Below are positions 41,873 through 59,161 of a stretch of DNA of 64,000 nt, one piece after another. How positions within the stretch are numbered: the stretch's first letter is position 1; each line of letters opens with the position of its first letter. The DNA lies in assembly GCF_009914755.1 (NCBI RefSeq), contig NC_060933.1. One strand, written 5' to 3'. The position numbers were made by a program, and so were the translations under genes. The stretch comes from the human T2T-CHM13v2.0 reference genome, Homo sapiens. A model generated the notes under the pieces. The model worked only from the letters and a program-made list of their open reading frames with translations. It did not search any database and was not told the origin of the DNA.

Positions 41873-42876
41873 AATTCTATGAAACATAGAATTTGTTCTT
41901 GAAGCTATATAACCATGTTTATATTTTTTAGTCAATTACTTAGACAATGTTTCTTGTAATATGCCTCATTCCCACAAAATAAAATAGCAGTCATTGAAGT
42001 GGGCCATGTGTATTTTTTAGTATTGAGCATGTTGAAGAGGGTAGAGAGACCTAAAAGAATGTCACGGTGTGAGAAATATTTTTATTCACTACAATTTGCC
42101 ACATGATGAGGGTGAAGAATAATTTATAATATTAGAACTGAGAGTGAAATGTTATATTAATAACTCATCCCAGAAATTTTCTCAAAGAGAAAATCTGTCC
42201 TTTTTTGGAGATATTTCAATGTACTTATTTGGTAATAAGTTGAGATTTTCTAGTTATATACTGAGAGAACTGAGATAAGACAAAGAAGGAACTAGAAAAA
42301 AGATAGATTCCTGATAATAAAAAATATAATGAATATGATTTTGACTGGGTAGTTGTGGTTTAGCAAACTTGGGATAATAGAGCAGGAAGTCAGTGTGCCT
42401 AATAGGCTAGGACTTTCTATGTACAAACAATCTGTGTGAACCTTCTGAGGATAAAAATGGCAAAGGAATTTTTAAGAATATGAATTGATATTAATAGTAA
42501 GGGTATGCTTTATATATAGTAATATGATGCCATTTCTATTATATCAAACCATCAGTAGATAGTTATCTCACACCAAGTCTTATGCTACTACCCCTTTATG
42601 GAAGGAAAAAGAATGGGACCTATTAGGATGAAGAAATGTGGGAAAACAGGATAGGCATATGTTCCAAAAATCATAGAGACTTAGAATATAATTATGTTAT
42701 GTTTGGAGGACAGATATACACTGGTAAAAGAGATACTCCCTGGCCTTCTAAAAAATTAATAAATCTACAGATATTGGAAGAAACAATAGTTTCTTCTTAA
42801 AGATTTTGAGTGAAATTAATCAAAATTTGTAAAGACGGGCTATCTGGGTTAAAATATAACAAGCATCAAAGAATAC

Positions 42877-43265
42877 TGCTATCATTTGAATGTTTTTGTC
42901 TTCTTTAAAATCATTGTGTTGGAAACTTAGTCTCCAATGCAACAATGTTGGGAGATGGGGACTAATGGGTTTAGTTCATAAGGGCTCTGTCCTCAAGAAT
43001 GGGTTAATGCCACTGTGTTTGCAGAAACGGGTTTTGTCTCTTTCACTCTTCTGCCATGTGATGACATAATGTTCTTCCCCTCTGGCAAAAGCAACATTTA
43101 AAATACCATCTTGGAAGCAAAGACCAGATTCTTATCAAACACCCAAAGTGCTGGCTTCTTGATATTGTAACTTCCAGCTCCAGAACTAAGAGAACTAAAT
43201 TTTATCCTTTATACATTACCCAGTCTCAAGTATTCCATTATAGCAGCACAAAATAAACTAAGACA
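42877..43265 (+). mobile_element. MSTD/MLT1A-like MaLR solo LTR
   Basis: TGCTAT..TTTGAATGT start, ..ACTAAGACA end; TSD aatac/aatat. Confidence 0.82.
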
Positions 43266-43689
43266 AATATTTTAGCATGATATGTTTTCTTATAGTTTTA
43301 ATATATAATTTATTCTCACACACTGTATTTATTAAAGTCTTCCATTTATTTATTTAAACTGCATAGTTACTAGTAATTGTGCAAGTTTGTTATTACAGCA
43401 AGCTGAGGATACTACAATAATATGTACCTTAAAGAATACAGTTACATTTTTTGGGGGGGTCAAATAAGCATATAATCACTGAATTTACAGAATTATTTGT
43501 CTTTGATATTAAGAAGTTAATAATGTGATGGTTTTGGTAATAATAGTGACCTCTAAACTCTGTACCCATAACAACTGTTCTTCTTTTTATGGACAGAGTT
43601 TTATTAACAAGAACTGTCTTTATGCTTCAGTCACCTTTCAATACCATACCCCTGCATCTCAGCTTTTCCCTAAGCCTAAAAATTTTATT

Positions 43690-44300
43690 TATAGTTTTAA
43701 ACTAAACACTTCTAAAATTGAAATTATGTCTCCCTTTGGTTCTATCAAGCTTACATCTCTTCCCTGTTTTTTAATTCTGTTAATAATATCACCATCTACT
43801 TACTTACTAAAATGTAAGACATGGCTTCATCTGCACTATTTCTCTCACTATCTCTTTGTCACCTCCATATAACATGATTATCAAGGACTAAAGTGTATTT
43901 TTCTCCTCTTACATGTCACACTTCATTTTACCTCTCTTAACTTTTTGGTACCTCGAGTATCTTTTTCTCCAGTTTATCCTCTTAATGATTATACTACAAC
44001 ACAAATCAGAGTATGCTACTCTCCTCAAATATGCCTTTCAAAACCTTGCCTTTTATTATAATATTAAGGAAAGCTTTTCAGTACTAGATCTGTGATAATG
44101 CTTACCACACTATCATTTTAACCTTATTATATAATACTTTCTAAAATATCCTTTATACTCTAAACATATCAAATTTTTCTGTCATTCTAAGTACAACATA
44201 TTCATTCTTCCACATTATGTACTGACATTCTTTTCTCCCTCTACTGCATGAACTACTACTTATCCTTAAACACTGAGTTAAAATGTCAGCACTCTTCTAA
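43690..44300 (+). mobile_element. Decayed L2 fragment (hosts the donor of the 41595 copy)
   Basis: tctaaaattgaa.tt, accatctac, acacaaatcaga..atg, ctacttatccttaaa.act.ag.taaaatgtca. Confidence 0.5.
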
Positions 44301-45169
44301 GGCAAGGTATAAATTTCAATGGCAGATCAAAAATACCTGCTACTACTTAACTTATTCACTTAGAATCTATTAGAATCTACACGTCTCTCAAATGACAAAT
44401 TGACTTTCTCAGATTTAGTTGTTTCCTACCAATCCATAGCATATTGAAGAGTGAGATGACCAGGAATTAAAATTCCATGATATGTCACAGGCCTGTGCCT
44501 TGCTGCAATAAAGTATATGAACATTTATATCAGATAGTTGGTGCCCTTTAATATCTATGAACAAAAGTCATTGATACAGATATTTGAGAGGAAAGTTAAT
44601 GACTTTGCTCTGCATATGCTCATTTAAGAAAAGGGATTATAAACAGATTTGCAAGGTCAGCAGAGCACTGTAAATTAAGGATATGCCTGGAGAAGATTGA
44701 GGTCATGTAGCAGATTGCATTGGCTTACCATAAAGACTTACCTTCAGTAAGCTTAGAGAAATAGCAGAAAATATCCTACATGAAAAAGAGTCAGGCAATA
44801 AAAAGAAAGCTTGATTCACTTTCCAAGAACTGGGAATCTAAAGTGAAGTAATGCTCCATCAAGAAATTCAAAATGCCAGCTGGATAACACATAGCTGCAG
44901 AGAGACCAAATACTCAATTAGGACACTCATGAAAAGGGAGACCTAAGCCAACTAAAGGAAGAACGTGAGCTTAAACCAGAAACTAAGGACATATTTCTTC
45001 CAAGAAGTATTTCTTGAAGTTTTTTTCTAGTCATCTGAGATATATAGAGAATATATTTCTCTATGTTTTATGGGGATTACAATTTTGAACAGATGGGAAG
45101 GAGTAAGGGGATATAGCCCTGAAAAAGATTAGAAGAACAAGAAACCTTATACCTAACTAAGTCAAACCA

Positions 45170-45215
45170 CAGCATTTTGAAGATGAGAAAACTGAGGCTC
45201 AGAGAGGGTAAGATC
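45170..45215 (-). mobile_element. MIR core
   Basis: cattttgaagatgagaaaactgaggctcagagagggtaag. Confidence 0.65.
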
Positions 45216-46239
45216 ATGCTCTCAACTCACATTCCAGTGCGTGACTCCAGTAAGGATTGGCTTTTTAGTACCTAATTCAAGGTCTGATGTCAGGATGTCA
45301 TCATAAATTAAAAGCTTTAGAAAATAATGAACCACATTTCTGGAACAATCCCCTTTATGACCATTTGGGTAGAACTCTTTTAGTATGAATATTATTGTCA
45401 TTTTTGGTATCTTGAGATTTAACTATCTTGATGATATACAAAATTGGAAAGATCAATCACTAAATTCTGTGGGGGCTAAAATCATTTTTGCTTTTTCTTG
45501 GTCTTAACTAGTGGATCTAACTATCTGAGAACACTCCTTAGATAGAGGTGAAATTTATGGTTAGTGTTCATCCTATGAGTAGAGAGATAAAGAACTGGTA
45601 AATCAGTGTTTGCAGAAATTTCATTTTTTTCTTTCTTATAGCTTATGTAAACAAACAAGGAAGATCTGTATGCTTCCAGAAACAAACTGTATCTGCAAGT
45701 CAAAAATTTATGTATTGTCATTGTTTATTTATTCTTTGCCCTGTTAAGCATTTTACTAAGTTTTTTTTCATTTTATAATGTATCAATATTTTCTCAGTCA
45801 TGTGATGGATAATAAAAAAGTTTATATTCATAACGGGACATAGGCTTAAAAGGGAAGCTGTATTACTATTACCTTATGTAGTATATAAGTACACAAAATT
45901 AAAAATATGTAATTAAAATACAAATATCTCTTAACCTGAAAGAGTTAATGCATCATTTCCTCTCTAGTTAGAAACATTAACAATTTAGGTCTCTGTCCTT
46001 CATGTTAACAGATTCAACACTTTGATACATGACTCAAATGTACAGAAAACATGTTTATAATATAAAACTGATACAAATCATGAAATAATAACAATTACAG
46101 TGGTTACAGAATTAATTAAGATGATCTTGGCAGGTTGAAACAAACGGCCATGTGTTTAATAAAATGAAGAAAAGTGAATATCAAATACTGCATTTAGACT
46201 GAAAAAAATCAAACAAGAAAAGTTTGAAGAACTATGTTA

Positions 46240-46940
46240 TTTCTAAATGCATTTCAAAGTTTTGAAGTATATTTTATTTTTTAAGCTATCTTTTAAGTGT
46301 AGGTTTTTGAGTTGCCTTATGGTTAAAAATGTGTTTTACGGGTAATCATTTCTTTGAAATTTTAGTTAGTTTTATATAACAATGTGTTGAATTTAAGGTA
46401 TTTTACTTTGCTTAATATATCAGTGTCTGATGACACTGGAGAGTTTGCAATTTTTGCTTTACTACTTTTTTGACAATGTTGTTATATACATAAAATGTCA
46501 TAACCTTCTAAGTAAATTTTATTTTAATTATTATGCATATACCTATTTACCTATGTTAATGCCATTCCCTTAATTTTAATTTTGTCTATTACTATATTGG
46601 TATAATAACATTCTTCTGAACAGTCTTTGTTCATTAGATATTTTTCCCATTTCTTTATCTGGAACATTTCAAAGCAATTTTATTTGTGGTATGACATTTA
46701 AAAGCAGACGATAGCTAGGTACATTTTTGTTTCTATCAACAAAGTCTTTGTATTTTAGTTAGTAGGTATATGTAAGTCATTTACATTTATTGTGATAATA
46801 TATTTTACCTTTTCCATTATCTTACTCTGCCTTTCATAGTTACCTTTTTTTTCATTTTTTTCTGTAACTGTTAAACTGATACTATTTTGTACAACTTAAC
46901 CTTTTCTTTATTAATTTACTGGTTTGGAAGTTATTAAGTA
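46240..46940 (-). mobile_element. Old L1M fragment (host of MER2; similar sequence resumes at ~53680-54660)
   Basis: catttacatttattgtgata, ttttgtctatta.tatattg.tata..aca.ttctt. Confidence 0.55.
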
Positions 46941-47004
46941 TAATATAGTTTTCCTTCACTATCCGTGGAGGATTGGTTCCAGAATTGTTTCAAGAATAGT
47001 GACA

Positions 47005-48017
47005 GGAGCGGGTGGAGCCAAGATGGCCAAATAAGAACATCTCCAGTCTACAGCTCCCAGCATAAGCGACACAGAAGACAGGTAATTTCTGCATTTCCAA
47101 CTGAGGTACCGGGTTCATCTCACTGGGGAGTGCCGGACAGTGGGTGCAATGCACTGTGCATGAGCCGAAGCAGGGTGAGGCATTGCCTGACCCAGGAAGC
47201 GCAAGGGGTCAGGGAATTCCCTTTCCTAGTCAAAGAAAGGGGGGACAGATGGCACATGGAAAATCGGGTCACTCCCACCCTAATACTATGCTCTTCCAAA
47301 GGGGTTAACAAATGGCACACCAGATTATATCCCACACCTGGCTCGGAGGGTTCTACCCCCACAAAGCCTCGCTCATTGCTAGCACAGCAGTCTGAGATCA
47401 AACTGCAAGGTGGCAGCAAGGCTGGGGGAGGGGCACCCATCATTGCTCAGGCTTCAGTAGGTAAACAAAGCGGCTGGGAGGCTCGAACTTGGTGGAGCCC
47501 ACCACAGCTCAAGGAGGCCTGCCTGCCTCTATAGGCTCCACCTCTGGGGGAAGGGCATAGACAAACAAAAGACAGCAATAACCTCTGCAATCTTAAATGC
47601 CCCTGTCTGACAGCTTTGAAGAGAGTAGTGGTTCTCCCAGCATGCAGCTTGAGATCTGAGAAAGGACAGACTGGCTCCACAAGCGGGTCCCTGACCCCGG
47701 AGTAGCCTAACTGGGAACACCCCCCAGTAGGGGTGGACTGACACCTCACATGGCAGGGTATTCCTCTGAGACAAAACTTCCAGAGGAGCGATCAGGCAGC
47801 AGCATTTGCGGTTCACCAATATCCGCTGTTCTGCAGCCACCACTGCTGATACCCAGGCTAACAGGGTCTGGAGTGGACCTCCAGTAAACTCCAACAGACC
47901 TGCAGCTGAGGGTCCTGACTGTTAGAAGGAAAACTAACAAACAGAAAGGACATCCCCACCAAAATCCCATCTGTATGTCACCATCATCAAAGACCAAAGG
48001 TAGATAAAACCACAAAG
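47005..48017. promoter_or_regulatory. L1 5'UTR sense/antisense promoter; YY1 site CAAGATGGCC at 47019-47028
   Basis: Recognisable L1PA 5'UTR with many CpGs decayed to TG/CA; activity unknown. Confidence 0.75.
47120..47443 (-). CDS. L1 antisense ORF0-like open frame (107 aa)
   Basis: M.GAPPPALLPPCSLISDCCASN..VGV.PSEPG.GYNL..IRVGVTRFS matches primate L1 ORF0; translation unproven. Confidence 0.55.
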   Translation of the reverse strand: MMGAPPPALLPPCSLISDCCASNERGFVGVEPSEPGVGYNLVCHLLTPLEEHSIRVGVTRFSMCHLSPLSLTRKGNSLTPCASWVRQCLTLLRLMHSALHPLSGTPQ

Positions 48018-49031
48018 ATGGCGAAAAACAGAGCAGAAAAACTGGAAACTCTAAAAATCACAGCACCTCTCTTCCTCCAAAGGAATGCAGCTCCTCACCA
48101 GCAACAGAACAAAGCTGGACGGAGAACGACTTTGACGAGTTGAGAGAGGAAGTCTTCAGAAGATCAAACTACTCCGAGCTAAAGGAGGAAGTTTGAACCA
48201 ATGGCAAAGAAGTTAAAAACTTTGAAAAAAAATTAGATGAATGGATAAAACTAGAATAACCAAAGCAGAGAAGTCCTTAAAGGACCTGATGGAGCTGAAA
48301 ACCACGGCGTAACTACATAACAAATGCACAAGCCTCAGTAACCGATGCGATCAACTGGAAGAAAGGGTATCAGAGATGGAAGACAAAATGAATGAAATGA
48401 AGCATGAAGAGAAGTTCAGAGAAAAAAGAATAAAAAGAAATGAACAAAGCCTCCAGGAAATATGGGACTATGTGAAAAGACCAAATCTACATCTGATTGG
48501 TGTACCGGAAAGTGACAGGGAGAATGGAACCAAGTTGGAAAACACTCTGCAGGATATTATCCAGGAGAACTTCCCCAACCTAGCAAGGCAGGCCAATATT
48601 CAAATTCAGGAAATACAGAGAATGCCACAAAATACTCCTTGAGAAGAGCAACTCCAACATACATAATGGGCAGATTCACCAAAGTTGAAATGAAGGAAAA
48701 AATGTTAAGGGCAGTCAGAGAGAAAGGTCGGGTTACCCACAAAGGGAAGCCCATCAGACTAACAGTGGATCTCTCAGCAGAAACGCTACAAGCCAGAAGA
48801 GAGTGGGGGCCAATATTCAACATTCTTAAAGAAAGGAATTTTCAATCCAGAATTTCATATTCAGCCAAACTAAGCTTCATAAGTGAAGGAGAAATACAAT
48901 ACTTTACAGACAAGCAAATGCTGAGAGATTTTTGTCACCACCGGGCCTGCCCTAAAAAAGCTCCTGAAAGAAGCACTAAACATGGAAAGAACAACTGGTA
49001 CCAGCCACTGCAAAAACATGCCAAATTGTAA
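48018..49031 (+). pseudogene. L1 ORF1p, frameshifted
   Basis: Fragments 48376-48642 (EIWDYVKRPNL) and 48639-49031 (ARREWGPIF) in different frames; ends at the canonical TAA. Confidence 0.92.
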
Positions 49032-49094
49032 AGACCATCAAGGCTAGGGAGAAACTGCATCAACTAACGAGCAAAATAACCAGCTAACATCATA

Positions 49095-52917
<3,823 letters not shown>

Positions 52918-53259
52918 ACAATGAGAGTACATGGACACAGGAAGGGGAACATCACACTCCAGGGACTGTTGTGGGGTGGGGGGAGGGGGGAGGGATAGCA
53001 TTAGGAGATATACCTAATGCTAAATGACGAGTTAATGGGTGCAGCACACCAACATGGCACACGTATACATATGTAACAAACCTGCACGTTGTGCACATGT
53101 ATCCTAAAACTTATAGTATAATAATAATAAAAATAAAATAAAATAAAGATAAATTAATAAAAAACTAGAATAGTGACAAGAAAAAAAGAGTATACATGCT
53201 CAGCAGATGTAACCATCCATTTTTTAATCAAATATATATATATTTTGTTATATTTAATC

Positions 53260-53266
<7 letters not shown>

Positions 53267-53304
<38 letters not shown>
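53267..53304. repeat. (TA)19 microsatellite
   Basis: Uninterrupted TA run. Confidence 0.95.
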
Positions 53305-53672
<368 letters not shown>

Positions 53673-54164
53673 TGACTGTATATGGAATTTATAATATATT
53701 TATATGTATATGTTCAAATAAAATTTTAATATAAATGAAGTATGTATCGAACAAAATCAATTGTTATTCAGTATTTCTGTCTTTCTCCCAATATGGCAGG
53801 AAATCTCTCCATGCTTTACCCATTGTAACTACTAGCCCAACCTGCATATCTTTTTAATATTTTAAAGTGTCTATTTCACTTTTTTAAACTTAGAAAATAG
53901 TTATTATTAAATCCTTAATCAAATTTACTGATATCATTCATCAAGCTCTATGCTTGTTCTTCCTTGTAATCTGTATATGCTCTCTTGGTTCATTGGGTTC
54001 ACTGACCTTCTAATCAAGTACAGCCTCCCAAAGTTATTTGAGTTACTTAGGGTGCTAAACTCTTTCTATTATAACTTGAAAATAATAATTTAGCTCTCTC
54101 TCTCAATCATTAAGCTGGGAATATAAACAGGTAAACAGCTTCACCTTTTAATGTTTGTTTAACT

Positions 54165-54236
54165 TTAGGAAATTCTCTTCTCAAGGCCTCAGCTTTCTCA
54201 TTTGTAAAATGGGAATAAGAGTAACTATCTCACAAG
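54165..54236 (+). mobile_element. MIR core
   Basis: gcctcagctttctcatttgtaaaatgggaataa. Confidence 0.6.
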
Positions 54237-54919
54237 ATATACAAATTATTGAGAACCCAGAATAAGTCCAGTGGAACGGTCAATTTTTATTTTTAGCAAC
54301 TACATTGTTGTTTCTGGAATATATTGTTACTAATAATACCCATTTGTTTATATGAGTGCGCTTTTGGTTTTATCATTACCAGTAGATTTTAAGATTATCT
54401 CTGTTTTCTTCAATTTTTTGTAATTTGACTGCAGTGTTTCGTGGTATGGGTTTGCTTTTTCTTAAAAGAATATGGCTCAGTACTTAAATTTGTAAACTGG
54501 GAACTCATATCTCCCTTTATGTCTAGAAAACTCTCAGCAATTATTTCTTCAAATATATTCTACCATTATTTCTGTCATTCATTATTTCCAAATAGTCTTA
54601 AAGTGAATACTAGGATTACTTAGTCTATCTTCTATTTCTCTTAAATATTCTTTTGTGTTTTTTAAAAATCTCTCCACATTTAAACTATACTCACAGAGTC
54701 ACCCTCATCAAAAGTCAAGACACACAAGTGTAATACAAATAATCTCAATGATCAGAGTTATAGATATCTCGGTAGTTTCAAGGGAAATGATGTAGTGATA
54801 AGGTAGTACTTTTATCATTCCTCTAGAAGGTCACCTTCTTCATCTACATTTATAGTGTTACCACTTTCCTAAAGAACGTGAAAAATGAGAATTGCTTATT
54901 TTATCATAGAGATCAGTGA

Positions 54920-55473
<554 letters not shown>

Positions 55474-58400
55474 CAGAGTTGTAATTTCTTATGCAGCAGT
55501 AGCAAACTAATACAGCAATATGGATATATTTTATTTAAGCCATGATGCCATTTTCCTTTACGAGAGCTGTAATTGCCTCCTATGGTTTCCATGACCATAT
55601 AGGCTGTTGTTGTTGCTTCTGCTATTTTTAGTTGTTATTGTTACATTATTTTCATAATAATAATGTTAATAACCATAAGACGTTAAACAGCACTGCAACA
55701 GAGCTTAAAAATGCTATTTGTTCCTTACAGTATTATGTTAGTGCAACATTCTTAAGAAAGCAGGTGAAAAGAAAGCAAACCAGAAATGAACACACTTTTA
55801 TGGAATAAAAACTTATAAATTTGGGTTTTAGTTAAAGCTACCTGAGAGGGGGAAAAATGTACTTTAAATATGAGGTCAAGGACAGGGCTGGATTACACAA
55901 AATGTGCCCACGATTCGTGTACAAATGAGAATGCCCACAGAGAACTAAAACCCACATGACACACAGAAAGGAACATCTGCCAGCATCAGCAAATTGATGA
56001 CATGTATAAGGCATTTCTTAGACCGATGTGGGAGTAGGAAAACATCACTTCTTTAGTTAATGATGCTTCGGCAATGAACATATTCAAATGCCTTGGTTCT
56101 GAAGACAGTGCCACTTAATGAGCATATCATAGACCACAAGATATTGCCATAACTCAGAAATGTATAAGCAACACACAATTTCAAGCTCTTAACAGCTTTA
56201 AAGCATCTTCACCAATTACATCTGGTCACTTCCTTTCTAGTACTCCTAGAAACATACGAAGTAGTGTTGGGTTTAGGTGTGTGAATGCACGCCTATATTA
56301 TCACCATTTTCCCTAATGCATTATACGTGTATAAACTTGTGCTACACCCATTTCTATTAACCTTGTATCTCACTCTTAACCCAAAGAGTAGCAGCTTAAA
56401 AAACAAACCCCCTCATATAATGTATGGATAAGTCCACACAAATAATTGTAATGTTTAATTAAACTAAACTGTCATCAACAGAGGTCATCTTTCAACAATC
56501 ATATATCAGGGGCTTTAACTGTTGGAAATTAACTGTAAGATTGGCTTGACTTTTAAAGACAGTACGCGAGTTTCTCATTAGCCTTATTATCATTTTTGAA
56601 TCATAAATATGTAAATGATGAGTTTCACACGGGAGATTTAATTCTGCACTCTTATTTCTGATTAGCTGGAAATACACTCTGGCTCTGTCAGATAATTGGT
56701 AACATTGCACACCAATAAGGCATTTCCCTACGCTTCATCAGAAGCAGTTGAAATTAAAGAAGGCAGAGCTGTTACGTTTTCGACAGTTTTGTAACACCAA
56801 CTTGTTAAAGTTTTAACTCAGCCATTAATATAGTCCATGAATTATTAATACAGTTTTTATGTCAAGGTTATTTTTTAAAGTTGAGATCCAAGTATAAAGT
56901 AAAATGCTCTAGGAAAGAGAACTCTTACATTATTTTCACTTAAAAAATCTATACTAAACAATAGTAATTTGAGAACAAGTAAAAAACAACAACAACATTT
57001 TGACCACTTACTGTGAACCACATACTCATAGTATGTGCCATCATACTGGCACATATTGGCACTCATCATAGTGCCAAAATGTTTGTAAACTTTTAGAAGT
57101 TTGGCAGTAGTTGAATTTTTACTGCTTTAATATATGATGTTTTGTTTTTAAGATATGCACCTTCATTTCTTTGTTAGTAGAAAGTATGCATAAGGAATAT
57201 CATATCAATTTTTCTTAAGTTGCCTTCTCCTAGAAATTAGGGGAGTTCAGTTTACCTCAACTTGAAGAAGTTTAAGCAGTTTTAATTCATAAACATTTCT
57301 CTTTTTTCTTCTGTCAAGATGATGCTAAGACCTTCAACAAGACAATAAACTCCTATGGATAAGGAATAACTCTTTTTATCTGTATTTTTGTCTTCCATGC
57401 TAGTACACAACAAGGGTATGCATTAAGTGTTTGTTTATGACATAAAGAAATAAGTTGCCACTTAAAGACATGTAATATTTCTAAATATGACAGACATATC
57501 TCTAGTGGAAATTTTTGTTTTCGCACCTCTTTAAGTTGGCTTTAAAAAATATTTATACTTCCTTAATAAGAAATTTCAATGTCTAATAACTAGCCATATG
57601 TAAATCTACTAGAAACATTGTCAAAGGGACTGCAATATTTGGTTGGCTACTATTTTATTTTTTCTATTTTTAAATTAGATTATCAATATGTTTATGAATA
57701 TTTGTGCTATATATGATCATAAAAGCTTTCAAAACAATTGAGTATATACTTCAAAGTTTTTCTACTGGATAAATCCTTTATTATCACCTTCACTTTTTTT
57801 TTCAATTTTTATCATCATCTTCGCTTTATAATAACAATCAAGGTGTAGATTGATTAAGTGCAATTTTTAATAAGAAAACTAAAGAGGGCTCCCTAGTGTC
57901 CGCCTTGCAATAGGCAGCATTTGTGTTACTGCCAACATTGCATTCATTGAAACTCATTCCCCATAACTCCTTTCTCGATTTTCATCACTTTCTTTAAGAG
58001 TTGATCATTACACAGCACCCTTTTTACAGTAGGATTGGTGTCCTATACGAAGTCCAAAACAAAGAGTATTCCAGTGCCAACTAAAGTACTAATATTTTAA
58101 AGTCAATACATATTTGCAAGGGGTGGCTTCTTTTTTTCCAACAAACTCACAATATTTATTCAAAAAAATGTTTATGTTTAGAGTTGAATGAAGAACATTT
58201 GTAGTATAGGGAAAAGATCACACATTCATTTTTGCAGGCCTTTATTCTAGCCACTATCTAATTCATTCACAGCTAATTTCTCAGCATCAGTAAATTTTAT
58301 CTAAAAAAGAAAAGTAAGCTATTACATGAAAGACAAGATTTGGTATGAAATTTAATTGCAATTGTCAGCATACACAATTGAATAGAGTACATTCTCTTTA

Positions 58401-58864
58401 ATCAATCTTGTCCTCATGTGCTTCTGCACATTTGATTCCATAGTAAGTTGTGAAACAAAACAAAAATAACAGAAAATGTGCTGAATATTACCAAATTGAG
58501 AGCAGGCTAAATGTGTAGAAAGCTATATCCAAGAAATTTAAATCAATCGTATGAGGACTATAATATAGAAGGCAAGAAATCAAACCAAGCGGTAAAATTT
58601 CCACTGAGATAGGCATGTGACTGTTAGAAGAAATAGATCTATGGCTATTAAAAACATGATACTAGATATTCTTGTTAATTAGAAATGAATGCTCATTGCT
58701 GATCTGAGAACTGAGCTCAGGTGCACTTATCTTCACACATGAAGCCATCGTATAAGATAGAGTAAAATGAGAAATGAGCCATCAATTCCCAACTTAATTA
58801 TCAGCCATCATGAGTGGTGTTATGCTACCTTACTGTAGTATATTAACTACACACAATTAATGAT

Positions 58865-59015
58865 ATGGACTGTGGGCCCAAGTAGACCCAAGTTCAAATT
58901 CTGGCTTTGCCATTACCTAGGCACAGTATCTTTGAACTTCAGTGTCTTATTAATAAAATAAGGAGATAAAATCTACCTTACTTGTTGTTAATAGGATTAT
59001 AAGAGCTAATATAAA
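58865..59015 (+). mobile_element. MIR
   Basis: agacccaagttcaaattctggctttgcca.ttac..ctttgaacttcagt..taaaat..ctacct. Confidence 0.65.
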
Positions 59016-59125
59016 GCTTATTGAATAATAAGCAGGCCCATTGCATATCACTAGACTTTAAAAAAAATTCTTTTCTAGATTTTCAAAGAAATAGTTATAA
59101 AACTTGAAGGCAAAATCTGTCTCTC

Positions 59126-59161
59126 ATACACACATACATATACATATATATATATATATAT
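59126..59161. repeat. (CA)/(TA) compound microsatellite
   Basis: catacacacatacatatacatatatatatatatat. Confidence 0.8.

Noticed and set aside
55990-56105. Possible C/D-box snoRNA (TGATGA at ~55995, CTGA at 56099)
   Set aside because: No terminal stem and no antisense rRNA/snRNA guide that I can identify; such boxes are frequent by chance.
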